In this document: one piece after another, positions 61,729 through 64,000 of the stretch | Numbering within the stretch: the stretch's first letter is position 1 | How the letters are laid out: each line of letters begins with the position of its first letter | From: Macrostomum lignano | Taxonomy: Eukaryota | Direction: 5' to 3' | DNA: 64,000 bases | NCBI GenBank assembly: GCA_002269645.1 | Contig: NIVC01001471.1 | Location: 124,001 to 188,000 of the forward strand | Made by a program: the position numbers and the translations under genes | The notes under the pieces: generated by a model | What the model was told of the DNA's origin: nothing | What the model saw: the letters and a program-made list of their open reading frames with translations, nothing else | Database searches by the model: none

Positions 61729-64000
61729 GGGTCTTAGTCATTTCGTCAACTGGCCATTTTGTCAACTCAGTTTTTGCATTGGTTGTTTTGTCAACTAGCC
61801 AATGAAGCGGTCTCAAACCTTAGTCACTTTATCAACTGACCAATGGAGAGTTCCCCAACATTGGTCACTTTGTCAACTGCCAATAAACTACCCCCCGTGG
61901 CCGCAAAACAACTAAAACTGAACCCTAAAATGACTAAGTCAATAGGCTAATTAATATATAGATACCCTTCTATACAACATCTGCTGGCTTCAATCGATGC
62001 ATCTCTGACTATACATTAACAAACAATAATTCACTCAGGTGTTTGAAATGTGTGTAGTATAACGCAGTTGATACCCCATGTTACACATTTGCATGACAAT
62101 TTTTAGATGTACATGTAGAAATTCATTACAGAGTAGTTGATGAGTACTAGACCAAAAATAATAATGCTTGAAATGGTCCACTCTACATGGTACATTATAA
62201 ATATATATATATAAAAAGCATTTCAAATTAACCATTACATTTATGGTCATATCGATGTCAATCACGCTCACGCATTAAAATTTATATAATAATATTTTTT
62301 ATGCACACACTATATTTAAAACCTATATTAAGTATTAAGCACAATCGTACTGCTATTGTAGTGCGATTTCTGTATGGTAAGTGGTAATACGGTACTAAAT
62401 GCAGACAAAAGAAAAATATATTATTTTAAGAAAATTGCAATATTAGGACATCTTGGAAACTGTACATTACGTTACAATAGCATATGGTTCATGTACAAAG
62501 TGCAGACAGAAAAAAATATAAAAAATAATATAATATATAGTGAATGTTACATATATAATCAGGTAAAAACAAGTTGTAAAACAGTCCAATTAATGAATTA
62601 TAAAGTCTTATACTTAGCTGCACTTTTATTGTTGCTGCTGCTGCTATTGTGCCCTGCTGTGTGCAAAATGCGGAATGTGGCCAAGTCTTGTGCAGCTGAG
62701 CAGGAATGCACGAATCGAAAGCGCGCGGCTACAGTACTGCGCCCAATATCACTCTACTTGCACTTGCAGCCGCTCGTACCACGCCCGATGCTGCCACTCT
62801 TGTACTCCTTGTTGCACCAGCGTGGCGTGCACAGGTACCAGCAGTACCTCTGTATGGAGCAGTTGAATGAGAGGGTACAGGGTGAGTTTGACTCTCTTAG
62901 CCCACTGCTTCAGTCGCCAATGCCAGCCTTTCACCTTGTTGTTTGTCCAAATAGACTGGCCATAAACGCTTATTTCAGCAGCGCTGGTCAGCCATGTACT
63001 GTTGACATACTCAGCCAGGTCCAGTAAAAGCGGCGCTTGCACTCCAGTGACAACTTGTGCTAGGCCGTCGTTCATGTGCTGGTATGGCAGGTAGGGCAGG
63101 TCCATCAGCATCCTGGTGAAATTCTTCGTACCTGGTCTTTCAGGTAGGCCTGTTGCAATCCTATATACTGAATGCGACAAAATATTGCCTGTGCATAGTG
63201 AAAAAGGCAGCCTTGAAGCCTGACCATAGGGAAGACAGCTCGCAAGGCCTGCCATACAGCAGCCTCAAAGTCCATTATGCAGACTTCAGGTGTTGTGTTG
63301 CTGATTGCCTCCCGTAGCGATTGAAATACAGCAGTATAGTTGTTGACAGCCTTGCCTGACATTATAGCAAATGCTAGGGGCACCTGTTTGACTGTTGTTC
63401 CTTGCTGGATGTAGCAGTGCATAGAGTAGAGTTGCTTGAATGGTGCATGGATGACATCAAAAGTGCCATCTAGAAACCATAGCTGACGGGATGCCAGCAG
63501 CTCAATTTGATTTGTAGTAAAAAGCAGCAAATGGTGTTTGCCAGTTCCTTCAACTTGGATGTCAGCCCGAACAAAATCTGGAGAGATACGGTCCATAGCC
63601 AGATCAAACTGGAGGTCAGATGGGGGCATTGGATGCTCAGCTTCCCAAGCTCTGTTTGCAATCCGCACCAGTTGACAAATAGCTGGTACTTCCTGGCCAA
63701 AGTCAGTCACGCTATGGTCTAGCAGCTTCAACTCCACGATTGCAGCAGCTGATCAAAAGCACTGCTGCTTTGCTTCATCCTTGACCAGAACGACAATGCA
63801 ATGCTTTACCAACTCACAAATTCGTGGCTCGCAGATATGGGCAGCCTGGCCACTCCAAATGCCTTGATTGTCCTAGATGGCTGATGCTGGGCACTTAAAC
63901 CTTGAATTTTGCTGGGTGCAACGCCAATAGCGTCTGTTACTTTTTCGACGTTGAGGCCCAAAACGTATTCTTGGTCACCCAGTCATTGAATGAGTAAGGG
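61729..64000 (-). mobile_element. Degenerate MULE (Mutator-like) element with FLYWCH + MULE transposase; continues beyond the window
   Basis: Minus strand: RRYWRCTQQ..KCPA (FLYWCH), WFLDGTF, MDFEAA, GCLFHYAQA, TNNKVKGWH (catalytic E changed to K), broken by stops/frameshifts; probable terminus GGGTCTTAGTC at 61729 followed by five TTTGTCAACT-like subterminal repeats. Confidence 0.85.

Overview
Eukaryotic (animal) genomic DNA. GC3-rich exons, AT-rich spacers and a different tandem repeat in nearly every long intron look like a macrostomid flatworm, but the species is my inference. The left half (1-31 kb) is a compact run of seven genes, most tied to cilia: TTC6 (3' part), ANKRD45, B9D1, a G-alpha-i, a divergent LC8-type dynein light chain missed by the ORF track, a taperin/phostensin-like gene and CCDC105/TEKTL1. 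RFX X-box motifs lie at two of them. The right half is mostly accessory DNA: two C-type-lectin/PAN paralogues, an alpha-arrestin, tRNA-derived CORE-like SINEs, a CMC/EnSpm-like non-autonomous element, and IS630/Tc1, mariner, RTE and MULE relics. Two elements stand out. One is a 3.1-kb foldback structure with 1.1-kb inverted arms around a truncated Crypton-type tyrosine recombinase. The other is a complete 6,569-bp hAT transposon (TIRs plus perfect 8-bp TSD) whose nine exons splice into an uninterrupted ~1,140-aa transposase. All homology calls come from recognising motifs by eye; no database search was run.
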